Source of the DNA: the human T2T-CHM13v2.0 reference genome, Homo sapiens
DNA: 64,000 nucleotides
Assembly (NCBI RefSeq): GCF_009914755.1
Contig: NC_060925.1
Direction: 5' to 3' (one strand)
The translations under genes were made by a program, and so were the position numbers. Under the pieces are notes generated by a model that ran no database searches, was not told the DNA's origin, and was given only the letters and a program-made list of their open reading frames with translations. Of the stretch, positions 1-14,600 are shown one piece after another; the stretch's first letter is position 1, and each line of letters opens with the position of its first letter.

Positions 1-359
1 GGAATCATTATCAAATGGAATCGAATGAAATCACCGAACAGAATCGAATGGAACAATCATCGAATGGACTCAAATGGAATTATCCTCCAATGGAATCGAA
101 TGGAATTATCGAATGCAATCGAATGGAATTATCGAATGCAATCGAATAGAATCATCGAATGGACTCGAATGGAATCATCGAATGGAATGGAATGGAACAG
201 TCAATGAACTCGAATGGAATCATCATTGAATGGAATCGAATGGAATCATCGAGTGGAATCGAATGGAATTATGATCAAATGGAATCGAATGTAATCATCA
301 TCAAATGGAATCAAAAATAACCATCATCAATTGGTATTGAATGGAATTGTCATCAAATG

Positions 360-365
360 GAATTC
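360..365. other. EcoRI site (GAATTC), one per canonical unit
   Basis: GGAATTCAAAGG gives GAATTC at 360, 2136, 3912 and so on. This predicts a 1,776-bp EcoRI fragment, as in the classical 1.77-kb chr1 satellite clone. Confidence 0.9.
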
Positions 366-406
366 AAAGGAATCATCATCAAATGGAACCGAATGGAATC
401 CTCATT

Positions 407-874
407 GAATGGAAATGAAAGGGGTCATCATCTAATGGAATCGCATGGAATCATCATCAAATGGAATCGAATGGAATCATCATCAAATGGAATCTAATGG
501 AATCATTGAACAGAATTGAATGGAATCGTCATCGAATTAATTGAATGCAATCATCGAATGGTCTCGAATGGAATCATCTTCTAATGGAAAGGAATGGAAT
601 CATCGCATAGAATCGAATGGAATTATCATCGAATGGAATCGAATGGTATCAACACCAAACGGAAAAAAACGGAATTATCGAATTGAATCGAAGAGAATCT
701 TCGAACGGACCCGAATGGAATCATCTAATGGAATGGAATGGAATAATCCATGGACTCGAATGCAATCATCATCGAATGGAATCGAATGGAATCATCGAAT
801 GGACTCGAATGGAATAATCATTGAACGGAATCGAATGGAATCATCATCGGATGGAAACGAATGGAATCATCATC
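407..874 (+). repeat. 468-bp subunit A
   Basis: Diagnostic words: AAAGGGGTC, GAACAGAATT, TTCTAATGGAAAGG, GGTATCAACACC, AATCTTCGAACGG, GGAAACGAATGG. It aligns without gaps to 875-1342. Confidence 0.92.
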
Positions 875-1342
875 GAATGGAAATGAAAGGAGTCATCATC
901 TAATGGAATTGCATGGAATCATCATAAAATGGAATCGAATGGAATCAACATCAAATGGAATCAAATGGAATCATTGAACGGAATTGAATGGAATCGTCAT
1001 CGAATGAATTGACTGCAATCATCCAATGGTCTCGAATGGAATCATCTTCAAATGGAATGGAATGGAATCATCGCATAGAATCGAATGGAATTATCATCGA
1101 ATGGAATCGAATGGAATCAACATCAAACGGAAAAAAACGGAATTATCGAATGGAATCGAAGAGAATCATCGAATGGACCCGAATGGAATCATCTAATGGA
1201 ATGGAATGGAATAATCCATGGACTCGAATGCAATCATCATCGAATGGAATCGAATGGAATCATCGAATGGACTCGAATGGAATAATCATTGAACGGAATC
1301 GAATGGAATCATCATCGGATGGAAATGAATGGAATCATCATC
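875..1342 (+). repeat. 468-bp subunit B (paralog of A within the unit)
   Basis: Diagnostic words: AAAGGAGTC, GAACGGAATT, GACTGCAATC, TTCAAATGGAATGG, GGAATCAACATC, AATCATCGAATGGACCC, GGAAATGAATGG. The offset from A is 468 bp (617 to 1085). Confidence 0.92.
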
Positions 1343-2182
1343 GAATGGAATCGAATAGAATTATGGAATGAAATCCAGTGTGATCATCATCGAATGGACC
1401 CGAATGGAATCATCATCCAACGGAAGCTAATGGAATCAACATCGAATGAATCGAATGGAAACACCATCGAATTGAAACGAATGGAATTATCATGAAATTG
1501 AAATGGATGGACTCATCATCGAATGGATTCGAATGGAATCATCGAATAAAATTGATTGAAATCATCATCCAATGGAATCGAATGGTATCATTGAATGGAA
1601 TCGAATGGAATCATCATCAGATGGAAATGAATGGAATCGTCATAGAATGGAATCGAATGGATTCATTGAATGGAATCAGATGGAATCATCGAATGGACTG
1701 GAATGGAATCATTGAATGGAATCGAAAGGGATCATAATTGAATGGAATTGAATGGAATCATCGAATGGTCTCGATTGGAATCATTATCAAATGGAATCGA
1801 ATGGAATCACCGAATAGAATCGAATGGAACAATCATCGAATGGACTCAAATGGAATTATCCTCCAATGGAATCGAATGGAATTATCGAATGCAATCGAAT
1901 GGAATTATCGAATGCAATCGAATAGAATCATCGAATGGACTCGAATGGAATCATCGAATGGAATGGAATGGAACAGTCAATGAACTCGAATGGAATCATC
2001 ATTGAATGGAATCGAATGGAATCATCGAGTGGAATCGAATGGAATTATGATCAAATGGAATCGAATGTAATCATCATCAAATGGAATCAAAAATAACCAT
2101 CATCAATTGGTATTGAATGGAATTGTCATCAAATGGAATTCAAAGGAATCATCATCAAATGGAACCGAATGGAATCCTCATT
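1343..2182 (+). repeat. 840-bp segment C (single copy per unit)
   Basis: It carries once-per-unit words GAAATCCAGTGTGATC, CGGAAGCTAA, AAAATTGATTGAAATC, CGAAAGGGATC, GAACAGTCAATGAAC, AAAAATAACC and the EcoRI site in GGAATTCAAAGG. Confidence 0.9.
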
Positions 2183-5043
2183 GAATGGAAATGAAAGGGG
2201 TCATCATCTAATGGAATCGCATGGAATCATCATCAAATGGAATCGAATGGAATCATCATCAAATGGAATCTAATGGAATCATTGAACAGAATTGAATGGA
2301 ATCGTCATCGAATGAATTGAATGCAATCATCGAATGGTCTCGAATGGAATCATCTTCTAATGGAAAGGAATGGAATCATCGCATAGAATCGAATGGAATT
2401 ATCATCGAATGGAATCGAATGGTATCAACACCAAACGGAAAAAAACGGAATTATCGAATGGAATCGAAGAGAATCTTCGAACGGACCCGAATGGAATCAT
2501 CTAATGGAATGGAATGGAATAATCCATGGACTCGAATGCAATCATCATCGAATGGAATCGAATGGAATCATCGAATGGACTCGAATGGAATAATCATTGA
2601 ACGGAATCGATTGGAATCATCATCGGATGGAAACGAATGGAATCATCATCGAATGGAAATGAAAGGAGTCATCATCTAATGGAATTGCATGGAATCATCA
2701 TAAAATGGAATCGAATGGAATCAACATCAAATGGAATCAAATGGAATCATTGAACGGAATTGAATGGAATCGTCATCGAATGAATTGACTGCAATCATCC
2801 AATGGTCTCGAATGGAATCATCTTCAAATGGAATGGAATGGAATCATCGCATAAAATCGAATGGAATTATCATCGAATGGAATCGAATGGAATCAACATC
2901 CAACGGAAAAAAACGGAATTATCGAATGGAATCGAAGAGAATCATCGAATGGACCCGAATGGAATCATCTAATGGAATGGAATGGAATAATCCATGGACT
3001 CGAATGCAATCATCATCGAATGGAATCGAATGGAATCATCGAATGGACTCGAATGGAATAATCATTGAACGGAATCGAATGGAATCATCATCGGATGGAA
3101 ATGAATGGAATCATCATCGAATGGAATCGAATAGAATTATGGAATGAAATCCAGTGTGATCATCATCGAATGGACCCGAATGGAATCATCATCCAACGGA
3201 AGCTAATGGAATCAACATCGAATGAATCAAATGGAAACACCATCGAATTGAAACGAATGGAATTATCATGAAATTGAAATGGATGGACTCATCATCGAAT
3301 GGATTCGAATGGAATCATCGAATAAAATTGATTGAAATCATCATCCAATGGAATCGAATGGTATCATTGAATGGAATCGAATGGAATCATCATCAGATGG
3401 AAATGAATGGAATCGTCATAGAATGGAATCGAATGGATTCATTGAATGGAATCAGATGGAATCATCGAATGGACTGGAATGGAATCATTGAATGGACTCG
3501 AAAGGGATCATGATTGAATGGAATTGAATGGAATCATCGAATGGTCTCGATTGGAATCATTATCAAATGGAATCGAATGGAATCCCCGAATAGAATCGAA
3601 TGGAACAATCATCGAATGGACTCAAATGGAATTATCCTCCAATGGAATCGAATGGAATTATCGAATGCAATCGAATGGAATTATCGAATGCAATCGAATA
3701 GAATCATCGAATGGACTCGAATGGAATCATCGAATGGAATGGAATGGAACAGTCAATGAACTCGAATGGAATCATCATTGAATGGAATCGAATGGAATCA
3801 TCGAGTGGAATCGAATGGAATTATGATCAAATGGAATCGAATGTAATCATCATCAAATGGAATCAAAAATAACCATCATCAATTGGTATTGAATGGAATT
3901 GTCATCAAATGGAATTCAAAGGAATCATCATCAAATGGAACCGAATGGAATCCTCATTGAATGGAAATGAAAGGGGTCATCATCTAATGGAATCGCATGG
4001 AATCATCATCAAATGGAATCGAATGGAATCATCATCAAATGGAATCTAATGGAATCATTGAACAGAATTGAATGGAATCGTCATCGAATGAATTGAATGC
4101 AATCATCGAATGGTCTCGAATGGAATCATCTTCTAATGGAAAGGAATGGAATCATCGCATAGAATCGAATGGAATTATCATCGAATGGAATCGAATGGTA
4201 TCAACACCAAACGGAAAAAAACGGAATTATCGAATGGAATCGAAGAGAATCTTCGAACGGACCCGAATGGAATCATCTAATGGAATGGAATGGAATAATC
4301 CATGGACTCGAATGCAATCATCATCGAATGGAATCGAATGGAATCATCGAATGGACTCGAATGGAATAATCATTGAACGGAATCGATTGGAATCATCATC
4401 GGATGGAAACGAATGGAATCATCATCGAATGGAAATGAAAGGAGTCATCATCTAATGGAATTGCATGGAATCATCATAAAATAGAATCGAATGGAATCAA
4501 CATCAAATGGAATCAAATGGAATCATTGAACGGAATTGAATGGAATCGTCATCGAATGAATTGACTGCAATCATCCAATGGTCTCGAATGGAATCATCTT
4601 CAAATGGAATGGAATGGAATCATCGCATAGAATCGAATGGAATTATCATCGAATGGAATCGAATGGAATCAACATCCAACGGAAAAAAACGGAATTATCG
4701 AATGGAATCGAAGAGAATCATCGAATGGACCCGAATGGAATCATCTAATGGAATGGAATGGAATAATCCATGGACTCGAATGCAATCATCATCGAATGGA
4801 ATCGAATGGAATCATCGAATGGACTCGAATGGAATAATCATTGAACGGAATCGAATGGAATCATCATCGGATGGAAATGAATGGAATCATCATCGAATGG
4901 AATCGAATAGAATTATGGAATGAAATCCAGTGTGATCATCATCGAATGGACCCGAATGGAATCATCATCCAACGGAAGCTAATGGAATCAACATCGAATG
5001 AATCAAATGGAAACACCATCGAATTGAAACGAATGGAATTATC

Positions 5044-8000
5044 ATGAAATTGAAATGGATGGACTCATCATCGAATGGATTCGAATGGAATCATCGAATA
5101 AAATTGATTGAAATCATCATCGAATGGAATCGAATGGTATCATTGAATGGAATCGAATGGAATCATCATCAGATGGAAATGAATGGAATCGTCATAGAAT
5201 GGAATCGAATGGATTCATTGAATGGAATCAGATGGAATCATCGAATGGACTGGAATGGAATCATTGAATGGACTCGAAAGGGATCATGATTGAATGGAAT
5301 TGAATGGAATCATCGAATGGTCTCGATTGGAATCATTATCAAATGGAATCAAATGGAATCACCGAATAGAATCGAATGGAACAATCATCGAATGGACTCA
5401 AATGGAATTATCCTCAAATGGAATCGAATGGAATTATCGAATGCAATCGAATGGAATTATCGAATGCAATCGAATAGAATCATCGAATGGACTCGAATGG
5501 AATCATCGAATGGAATGGAATGGAATGGAACAGTCAATGAACTCGAATGGAATCATCATTGAATGGAATCGAATGGAATCATCGAGTAGAATCGAATGGA
5601 ATTATGATCAAATGGAATCGAATGTAATCATCATCAAATGGAATCAAAAATAACCATCATCAATTGGTATTGAATGGAATTGTCATCAAATGGAATTCAA
5701 AGGAATCAATATCCAATGGAACCGAATGGAATCCTCATTGAATGGAAATGAAAGGGGTCATCATCTAATGGAATCGCATGGAATCATCATCAAATGGAAT
5801 CGAATGGAATCATCATCAAATGGAATCTAATGGAATCATTGAACAGAATTGAATGGAATCGTCATCGAATGAATTGAATGCAATCATCGAATGGTCTCGA
5901 ATGGAATCATCTTCTAATGGAAAGGAATGGAATCATCGCATAGAATCGAATGGAATTATCATCGAATGGAATCGAATGGTATCAACACCAAACGGAAAAA
6001 AACGGAATTATCGAATGGAATCGAAGAGAATCTTCGAACGGACCCGAATGGAATCATCTAATGGAATGGAATGGAATAATCCATGGACTCGAATGCAATC
6101 ATCATCGAATGGAATCGAATGGAATCATCGAATGGACTCGAATGGAATAATCATTGAACGGAATCGAATGGAATCATCATCGGATGGAAACGAATGGAAT
6201 CATCATCGAATGGAAATGAAAGGAGTCATCATCTAATGGAATTGCATGGAATCATCATAAAATGGAATCGAATGGAATCAACATCAAATGGAATCAAATG
6301 GAATCATTGAACGGAATTGAATGGAATCGTCATCGAATGAATTGACTGCAATCATCCAATGGTCTCGAATGGAATCATCTTCAAATGGAATGGAATGGAA
6401 TCATCGCATAGAATCGAATGGAATTATCGTCGAATGGAATCGAATGGAATCAACATCAAATGGAAAAAAACGGAATTATCGAATGGAATCGAAGAGAATC
6501 ATCGAATGGACCCGAATGGAATCATCTAATGGAATGGAATGGAATAATCCATGGACTCGAATGCAATCATCATCGAATGGAATCGAATGGAATCATCGAA
6601 TGGACTCGAATGGAATAATCATTGAACGGAATCGAATGGAATCATCATCGGATGGAAATGAATGGAATCATCATCGAATGGAATCGAATAGAATTATGGA
6701 ATGAAATCCAGTGTGATCATCATCGAATGGACCCGAATGGAATCATCATCCAACGGAAGCTAATGGAATCAACATCGAATGAATCAAATGGAAACACCAT
6801 CGAATTGAAACGAATGGAATTACCATGAAATTGAAATGGATGGACTCATCATCGAATGGATTCGAATGGAATCATCGAATAAAATTGATTGAAATCATCA
6901 TCGAATGGAATCGAATGGTATCATTGAATGGAATCGAATGGAATCATCATCAGATGGAAATGAATGGAATCGTCATAGAATGGAATCGAATGGATTCATT
7001 GAATGGAATCAGATGGAATCATCGAATGGACTGGAATGGAATCATTGAATGGACTCGAAAGGGATCATGATTGAATGGAATTGAATGGAATCATCGAATG
7101 GTCTCGATTGGAATCATTATCAAATGGAATCGAATGGAATCACCGAATAGAATCGAATGGAACAATCATCGAATGGACTCAAATGGAATTATCCTCAAAT
7201 GGAATCGAATGGAATTATCGAATGCAATCGAATGGAATTATCGAATGCAATCGAATAGAATCATCGAATGGACTCGAATGGAATCATCGAATGGAATGGA
7301 ATGGAATGGAACAGTCAATGAACTCGAATGGAATCATCATTGAATGGAATCGAATGGAATCATCGAGTGGAATCGAATGGAATTATGATCAAATGGAATC
7401 GAATGTAATCATCATCAAATGGAATCAAAAATAACCATCATCAATTGGTATTGAATGGAATTGTCATCAAATGGAATTCAAAGGAATCATCATCAAATGG
7501 AACCGAATGGAATCCTCATTGAATGGAAATGAAAGGGGTCATCATCTAATGGAATCGCATGGAATCATCATCAAATGGAATCGAATGGAATCATCATCAA
7601 ATGGAATCTAATGGAATCATTGAACAGAATTGAATGGAATCGTCATCGAATGAATTGAATGCAATCATCGAATGGTCTCGAATGGAATCATCTTCTAATG
7701 GAAAGGAATGGAATCATCGCATAGAATCGAATGGAATTATCATCGAATGGAATCGAATGGTATCAACACCAAACGGAAAAAAACGGAATTATCGAATGGA
7801 ATCGAAGAGAATCTTCGAACGGACCCGAATGGAATCATCTAATGGAATGGAATGGAATAATCCATGGACTCGAATGCAATCATCATCGAATGGAATCGAA
7901 TGGAATCATCGAATGGACTCGAATGGAATAATCATTGAACGGAATCGAATGGAATCATCATCGGATGGAAACGAATGGAATCATCATCGAATGGAAATGA

Positions 8001-8605
8001 AAGGAGTCATCATCTAATGGAATTGCATGGAATCATCATAAAATGGAATCGAATGGAATCAACATCAAATGGAATCAAATGGAATCATTGAACGGAATTG
8101 AATGGAATCGTCGTCGAATGAATTGACTGCAATCATCCAATGGTCTCGAATGGAATCATCTTCAAATGGAATGGAATGGAATCATCGCATAGAATCGAAT
8201 GGAATTATCGTCGAATGGAATCGAATGGAATCAACATCAAATGGAAAAAAACGGAATTATCGAATGGAATCGAAGAGAATCATCGAATGGACCCGAATGG
8301 AATCATCTAATGGAATGGAATGGAATAATCCATGGACTCGAATGCAATCATCATCGAATGGAATCGAATGGAATCATCGAATGGACTCGAATGGAATAAT
8401 CATTGAACGGAATCGAATGGAATCATCATCGGATGGAAATGAATGGAATCATCATCGAATGGAATCGAATAGAATTATGGAATGAAATCCAGTGTGATCA
8501 TCATCGAATGGACCCGAATGGAATCATCATCCAACGGAAGCTAATGGAATCAACATCGAATGAATCAAATGGAAACACCATCGAATTGAAACGAATGGAA
8601 TTATC
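5044..8605 (+). repeat. Two adjacent 1,781-bp variant units (+1 GGAAT)
   Basis: Landmark spacing 5044 to 6825 to 8606. Four GAATG instead of three precede GAACAGTC at about 5508-5530 and 7289-7311. Confidence 0.9.
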
Positions 8606-11600
8606 ATGAAATTGAAATGGATGGACTCATCATCGAATGGATTCGAATGGAATCATCGAATAAAATTGATTGAAATCATCATCGAATGGAATCGAATGGT
8701 ATCATTGAATGGAATCGAATGGAATCATCATCAGATGGAAATGAATGGAATCGTCATAGAATGGAATCGAATGGATTCATTGAATGGAATCAGATGGAAT
8801 CATCGAATGGACTGGAATGGAATCATTGAATGGACTCGAAAGGGATCATGATTGAATGGAATTGAATGGAATCATCGAATGGTCTCGATTGGAATCATTA
8901 TCAAATGGAATCGAATGGAATCACCGAATAGAATCGAATGGAACAATCATCGAATGGACTCAAATGGAATTATCCTCCAATGGAATCGAATGGAATTATC
9001 GAATGCAATCGAATGGAATTATCGAATGCAATCGAATAGAATCATCGAATGGACTCGAATGGAATCAACGAATGGAATGGAATGGAACAGTCAATGAACT
9101 CGAATGGAATCATCATTGAATGGAATCGAATGAAATCATCGAGTGGAATCAAATGGAATTATGATCAAATGGAATCGAATGTAATCATCATCAAATGGAA
9201 TCAAAAATAACCATCATCAATTGGTATTGAATGGAATTGTCATCAAATGGAATTCAAAGGAATCAATATCAAATGGAACCGAATGGAATCCTCATTGAAT
9301 GGAAATGAAAGGGGTCATCATCTAATGGAATCGCATGGAATCATCATCAAATGGAATCGAATGGAATCATCATCAAATGGAATCTAATGGAATCATTGAA
9401 CAGAATTGAATGGAATCGTCATCGAATGAATTGAATGCAATCATCGAATGGTCTCGAATGGAATCATCTTCTAATGGAAAGGAATGGAATCATCGCATAG
9501 AATCGAATGGAATTATCATCGAATGGAATCGAATGGTATCAACACCAAACGGAAAAAAACGGAATTATCGAATGGAATCGAAGAGAATCTTCGAACGGAC
9601 CCGAATGGAATCATCTAATGGAATGGAATGGAATAATCCATGGACTCGAATGCAATCATCATCGAATGGAATCGAATGGAATCATCGAATGGACTTGAAT
9701 GGAATAATCATTGAACGGAATCGATTGGAATCATCATCGGATGGAAACGAATGGAATCATCATCGAATGGAAATGAAAGGAGTCATCATCTAATGGAATT
9801 GCATGGAATCATCATAAAATGGAATCGAATGGAATCAACATCAAATGGAATCAAATGGAATCATTGAACGGAATTGAATGGAATCGTCATCGAATGAATT
9901 GACTGCAATCATCCAATGGTCTCGAATGGAATCATCTTCAAATGGAATGGAATGGAATCATCGCATAGAATCGAATGGAATTATCATCGAATGGAATCGA
10001 ATGGAATCAACATCCAACGGAAAAAAACGGAATTATCGAATGGAATCGAAGAGAATCATCGAATGGACCCGAATGGAATCATCTAATGGAATGGAATGGA
10101 ATAATCCATGGACTCGAATGCAATCATCATCGAATGGAATCGAATGGAATCATCGAATGGACTCGAATGGAATAATCATTGAACGGAATCGAATGGAATC
10201 ATCATCGGATGGAAATGAATGGAATCATCATCGAATGGAATCGAATAGAATTATGGAATGAAATCCAGTGTGATCATCATCGAATGGACCCGAATGGAAT
10301 CATGATCCAACGGAAGCTAATGGAATCAACATCGAATGAATCGAATGGAAACACCATCGAATTGAAACGAATGGAATTATCATGAAATTGAAATGGATGG
10401 ACTCATCATCGAATGGATTCGAATGGAATCATCGAATAAAATTGATTGAAATCATCATCCAATGGAATCGAATGGTATCATTGAATGGAATCGAATGGGA
10501 TCATCATCAGATGGAAATGAATGGAATCGTCATAGAATGGAATCGAATGGATTCATTGAATGGAATCAGATGGAATCATCGAATGGACTGGAATGGAATC
10601 ATTGAATGGACTCGAAAGGGATCATTATTGAATGGAATTGAATGGAATCATCGAATGGTCTCGATTGGAATCATTATCAAATGGAATCGAATGGAATCAC
10701 CGAATAGAATGGAATGGAACAATCATCGAATGGACTCAAATGGAATTATCCTCCAATGGAATCGAATGGAATTATCGAATGCAATCGAATGGAATTATCG
10801 AATGCAATCGAATAGAATCATCGGATGGACTCGAATGGAATCATCGCATGGAATGGAATGGAACAGTCAATGAACTCGAATGGAATCATCATTGAATGGA
10901 ATCGAATGGAATCATCGAGTGGAATCGAATGGAATTATGATCAAATGGAATCGAATGTAATCATCATCAAATGGAATCAAAAATAACCATCATCAATTGG
11001 TATTGAATGGAATTGTCATCAAATGGAATTCAAAGGAATCATCATCAAATGGAACCGAATGGAATCCTCATTGAATGGAAATGAAAGGGGTCATCATCTA
11101 ATGGAATCGCATGGAATCATCATCAAATGGAATCGAATGGAATCATCATCAAATGGAATCTAATGGAATCATTGAACAGAATTGAATGGAATCGTCATCG
11201 AATGAATTGAATGCAATCATTGAATGGTCTCGAATGGAATCATCTTCTAATGGAAAGGAATGGAATCATCGCATAGAATCGAATGGAATTATCATCGAAT
11301 GGAATCGAATGGTATCAACACCAAACGGAAAAAAACGGAATTATCGAATGGAATCGAAGAGAATCTTCGAACGGACCCGAATGGAATCATCTAATGGAAT
11401 GGAACGGAATAATCCATGGACTCGAATGCAATCATCATCGAATGGAATCGAATGGAATCATCGAATGGACTCGAATGGAATAATCATTGAACGGAATCGA
11501 ATGGAATCATCATCGGATGGAAACGAATGGAATCATCATCGAATGGAAATGAAAGGAGTCATCATCTAATGGAATTGCATGGAATCATCATAAAATGGAA

Positions 11601-14600
11601 TCGAAGGGAATCAACATCAAATGGAATCAAATGGAATCATTGAACGGAATTGAATGGAATCGTCATCGAATGAATTGAGTGCAATCATCGAATGATCTAG
11701 AATGGAATCATCTTCAAATGGAATGGAATGGAATCATCGCATAGAATCGAATGGAAGTATCATCGAATGGAATCGAATGGAATCAACATCAAACGGAAAA
11801 AAACGGAATTATCGAATGGAATCGAAGAGAATCATCGAATGGACCCGAATGGAATCATCTAATGGAATGGAATGGAATAATCCATGGACTCGAATGCAAT
11901 CATCATCGAATGGAATCGAATGGAATCATCGAATGGACTCGAATGGAATAATCATTGAACGGAATAGAATGGAATCATCATCGGATGGAAATGAATGGAA
12001 TCATCATCGAATGGAATCGAATAGAATTATGGAATGAAATCCAGTGTGATCATCATCGAATGGACCCGAATGGAATCATCATCCAACGGAAGCTAATGGA
12101 ATCAACATCGAATGAATCAAATGGAAACACCATCGAATTGAAACGAATGGAATTATCATGAAATTGAAATGGATGGACTCATCATCGAATGGATTCGAAT
12201 GGAATCATCGAATAAAATTGATTGAAATCATCATCGAATGGAATCGAATGGTATCATTGAATGGAATCGAATGGAATCATCATCAGATGGAAATGAATGG
12301 AATCGTCATAGAATGGAATCGAATGGATTCATTGAATGGAATCAGATGGAATCATCGAATGGACTGGAATGGAATCATTGAATGGACTCGAAAGGGATCA
12401 TGATTGAATGGAATTGAATGGAATCATCGAATGGTCTCGATTGGAATCATTATCAAATGGAATCGAATGGAATCACCGAATAGAATCGAATGGAACAATC
12501 ATCGAATGGACTCAAATGGAATTATCCTCCAATGGAATCGAATGGAATTATCGAATGCAATCGAATGGAATTATCGAATGCAATCGAATAGAATCATCGA
12601 ATGGACTCGAATGGAATCATCGAATGGAATGGAATGGAACAGTCAATGAACTCGAATGGAATCATCATTGAATGGAATCGAATGGAATCATCGAGTGGAA
12701 TCGAATGGAATTATGATCAAATGGAATCGAATGTAATCATCATCAAATGGAATCAAAAATAACCATCATCAATTGGTATTGAATGGAATTGTCATCAAAT
12801 GGAATTCAAAGGAATCATCATCAAATGGAACCGAATGGAATCCTCATTGAATGGAAATGAAAGGGGTCATCATCTAAAGGAATCGCATGATATCATCATC
12901 AAATGGAATCGAATGGAATCATCATCAAATGGAATCTAATGGAATCATTGAACAGAATTGAATGGAATCGTCATCGAATGAATTGAATGCAATCATCGAA
13001 TGGTCTCGAATGGATTCATCTTCTAATGGAAAGGAATGGAATCATCGCATAGAATCGAATGGAATTATCATCGAATGGAATCGAATGGTATCAACACCAA
13101 ACGGAAAAAAACGGAATTATCGAATGGAATCGAAGAGAATCTTCGAACGGAACCGAATGGAATCATCTAATGGAATGGAATGGAATAATCCATGGACTCG
13201 AATGCAATCATCATCGAATGGAATCGAATGGAATCATCGAATGGACTCGAATGGAATAATCATTGAACGGAATCGATTGGAATCATCATCGGATGGAAAC
13301 GAATGGAATCATCATCGAATGGAAATGAAAGGAGTCATCATCTAATGGAATTGCATGGAATCATCATAAAATGGAATCGAATGGAATCAACATCAAATGG
13401 AATCAAATGGAATCATTGAACGGAATTGAATGGAATCGTCATCGAATGAATTGACTGCAATCATCCAATGGTCTCGAATGGAATCATCTTCAAATGGAAT
13501 GGAATGGAATCATCGCATAGAATCGAATGGAATTATCATCGAATGGAATCGAATGGAATCAATATCCAACGGAAAAAAACGGAATTATCGAATGGAATCG
13601 AGGAGAATCATCGAATGGACCCGAATGGAATCATGTAATGGAATGGAATGGAATAATCCATGGACTCGAATGCAATCATCATCGAATGGAATCGAATGGA
13701 ATCATCGAATGGACTCGAATGGAATAATCATTGAACGGAATCGAATGGAATCATCATCGGATGGAAATGAATGGAATCATCATCGAATGGAATCGAATAG
13801 AATTATGGAATGAAATCCAGTGTGATCATCATCGAATGGACCCGAATGGAATCATCATCCAACGGAAGCTAATGGAATCAACATCGAATGAATCAAATGG
13901 AAACACCATCGAATTGAAACGAATGGAATTATCATGAAATTGAAATGGATGGACTCATCATCGAATGGATTCGAATGGAATCATCGAATAAAATTGATTG
14001 AAATCATCATCGAATGGAATCGAATGGTATCATTGAATGGAATCGAATGGAATCATCATCAGATGGAAATGAATGGAATCGTCATAGAATGGAATCGAAT
14101 GGATTCATTGAATGGAATCAGATGGAATCATCGAATGGACTGGAATGGAATCATTGAATGGACTCGAAAGGGATCATGATTGAATGGAATTGAATGGAAT
14201 CATCGAATGGTCTCGATTGGAATCATTATCAAATGGAATCGAATGGAATCACCGAATAGAATCGAATGGAACAATCATCGAATGGACTCAAATGGAATTA
14301 TCCTCAAATGGAATCGAATGGAATTATCGAATGCAATCGAATGGAATTATCGAATGCAATCGAATAGAATCATCGAATGGACTCGAATGGAATCATCGAA
14401 TGGAATGGAATGGAACAGTCAATGAACTCGAATGGAATCATCATTGAATGGAATCGAATGGAATCATCGAGTGGAATCGAATGGAATTATGATCAAATGG
14501 AATCGAATGTAATCATCATCAAATGGAATCAAAAATAACCATCATCAATTGGTATTGAATGGAATTGTCATCAAATGGAATTCAAAGGAATCATCATCAA

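Larger units (their letters stand above)
407..2182 (+). repeat. Reference 1,776-bp unit = A (468) + B (468) + C (840)
   Basis: GAATGGAAATGAAAGGGGTCATC starts at 407 and again at 2183. ORF-track landmarks shift by exactly 1,776 (988 to 2764, 1492 to 3268). Confidence 0.95.

Noticed and set aside
690-706. Heat-shock element-like AGAATCTTCG in subunit A
   Set aside because: It has only two inverted nGAAn units. A canonical HSF1 site needs three.
1519-1532. Small inverted repeat TCGAATGGATTCGA
   Set aside because: A 5-6-bp stem is expected from TCGA palindromes. It is not a terminator or a structured RNA.
1548-1566. DUX4-like homeodomain site (TTGATTGAAATCA) once per unit
   Set aside because: It is only a partial match (about two mismatches) to TAAYYYAATCA. 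A site cannot be called without a PWM scan or binding data.
10382-10873. Longer 163-aa ORF variants (also at 32746, 34473, 40003, 46001, 47777, 49553)
   Set aside because: A single TGA-to-TTA variant (GATCATGATT to GATCATTATT) joins two repeat ORFs. It is a haplotype marker, not evidence of coding.
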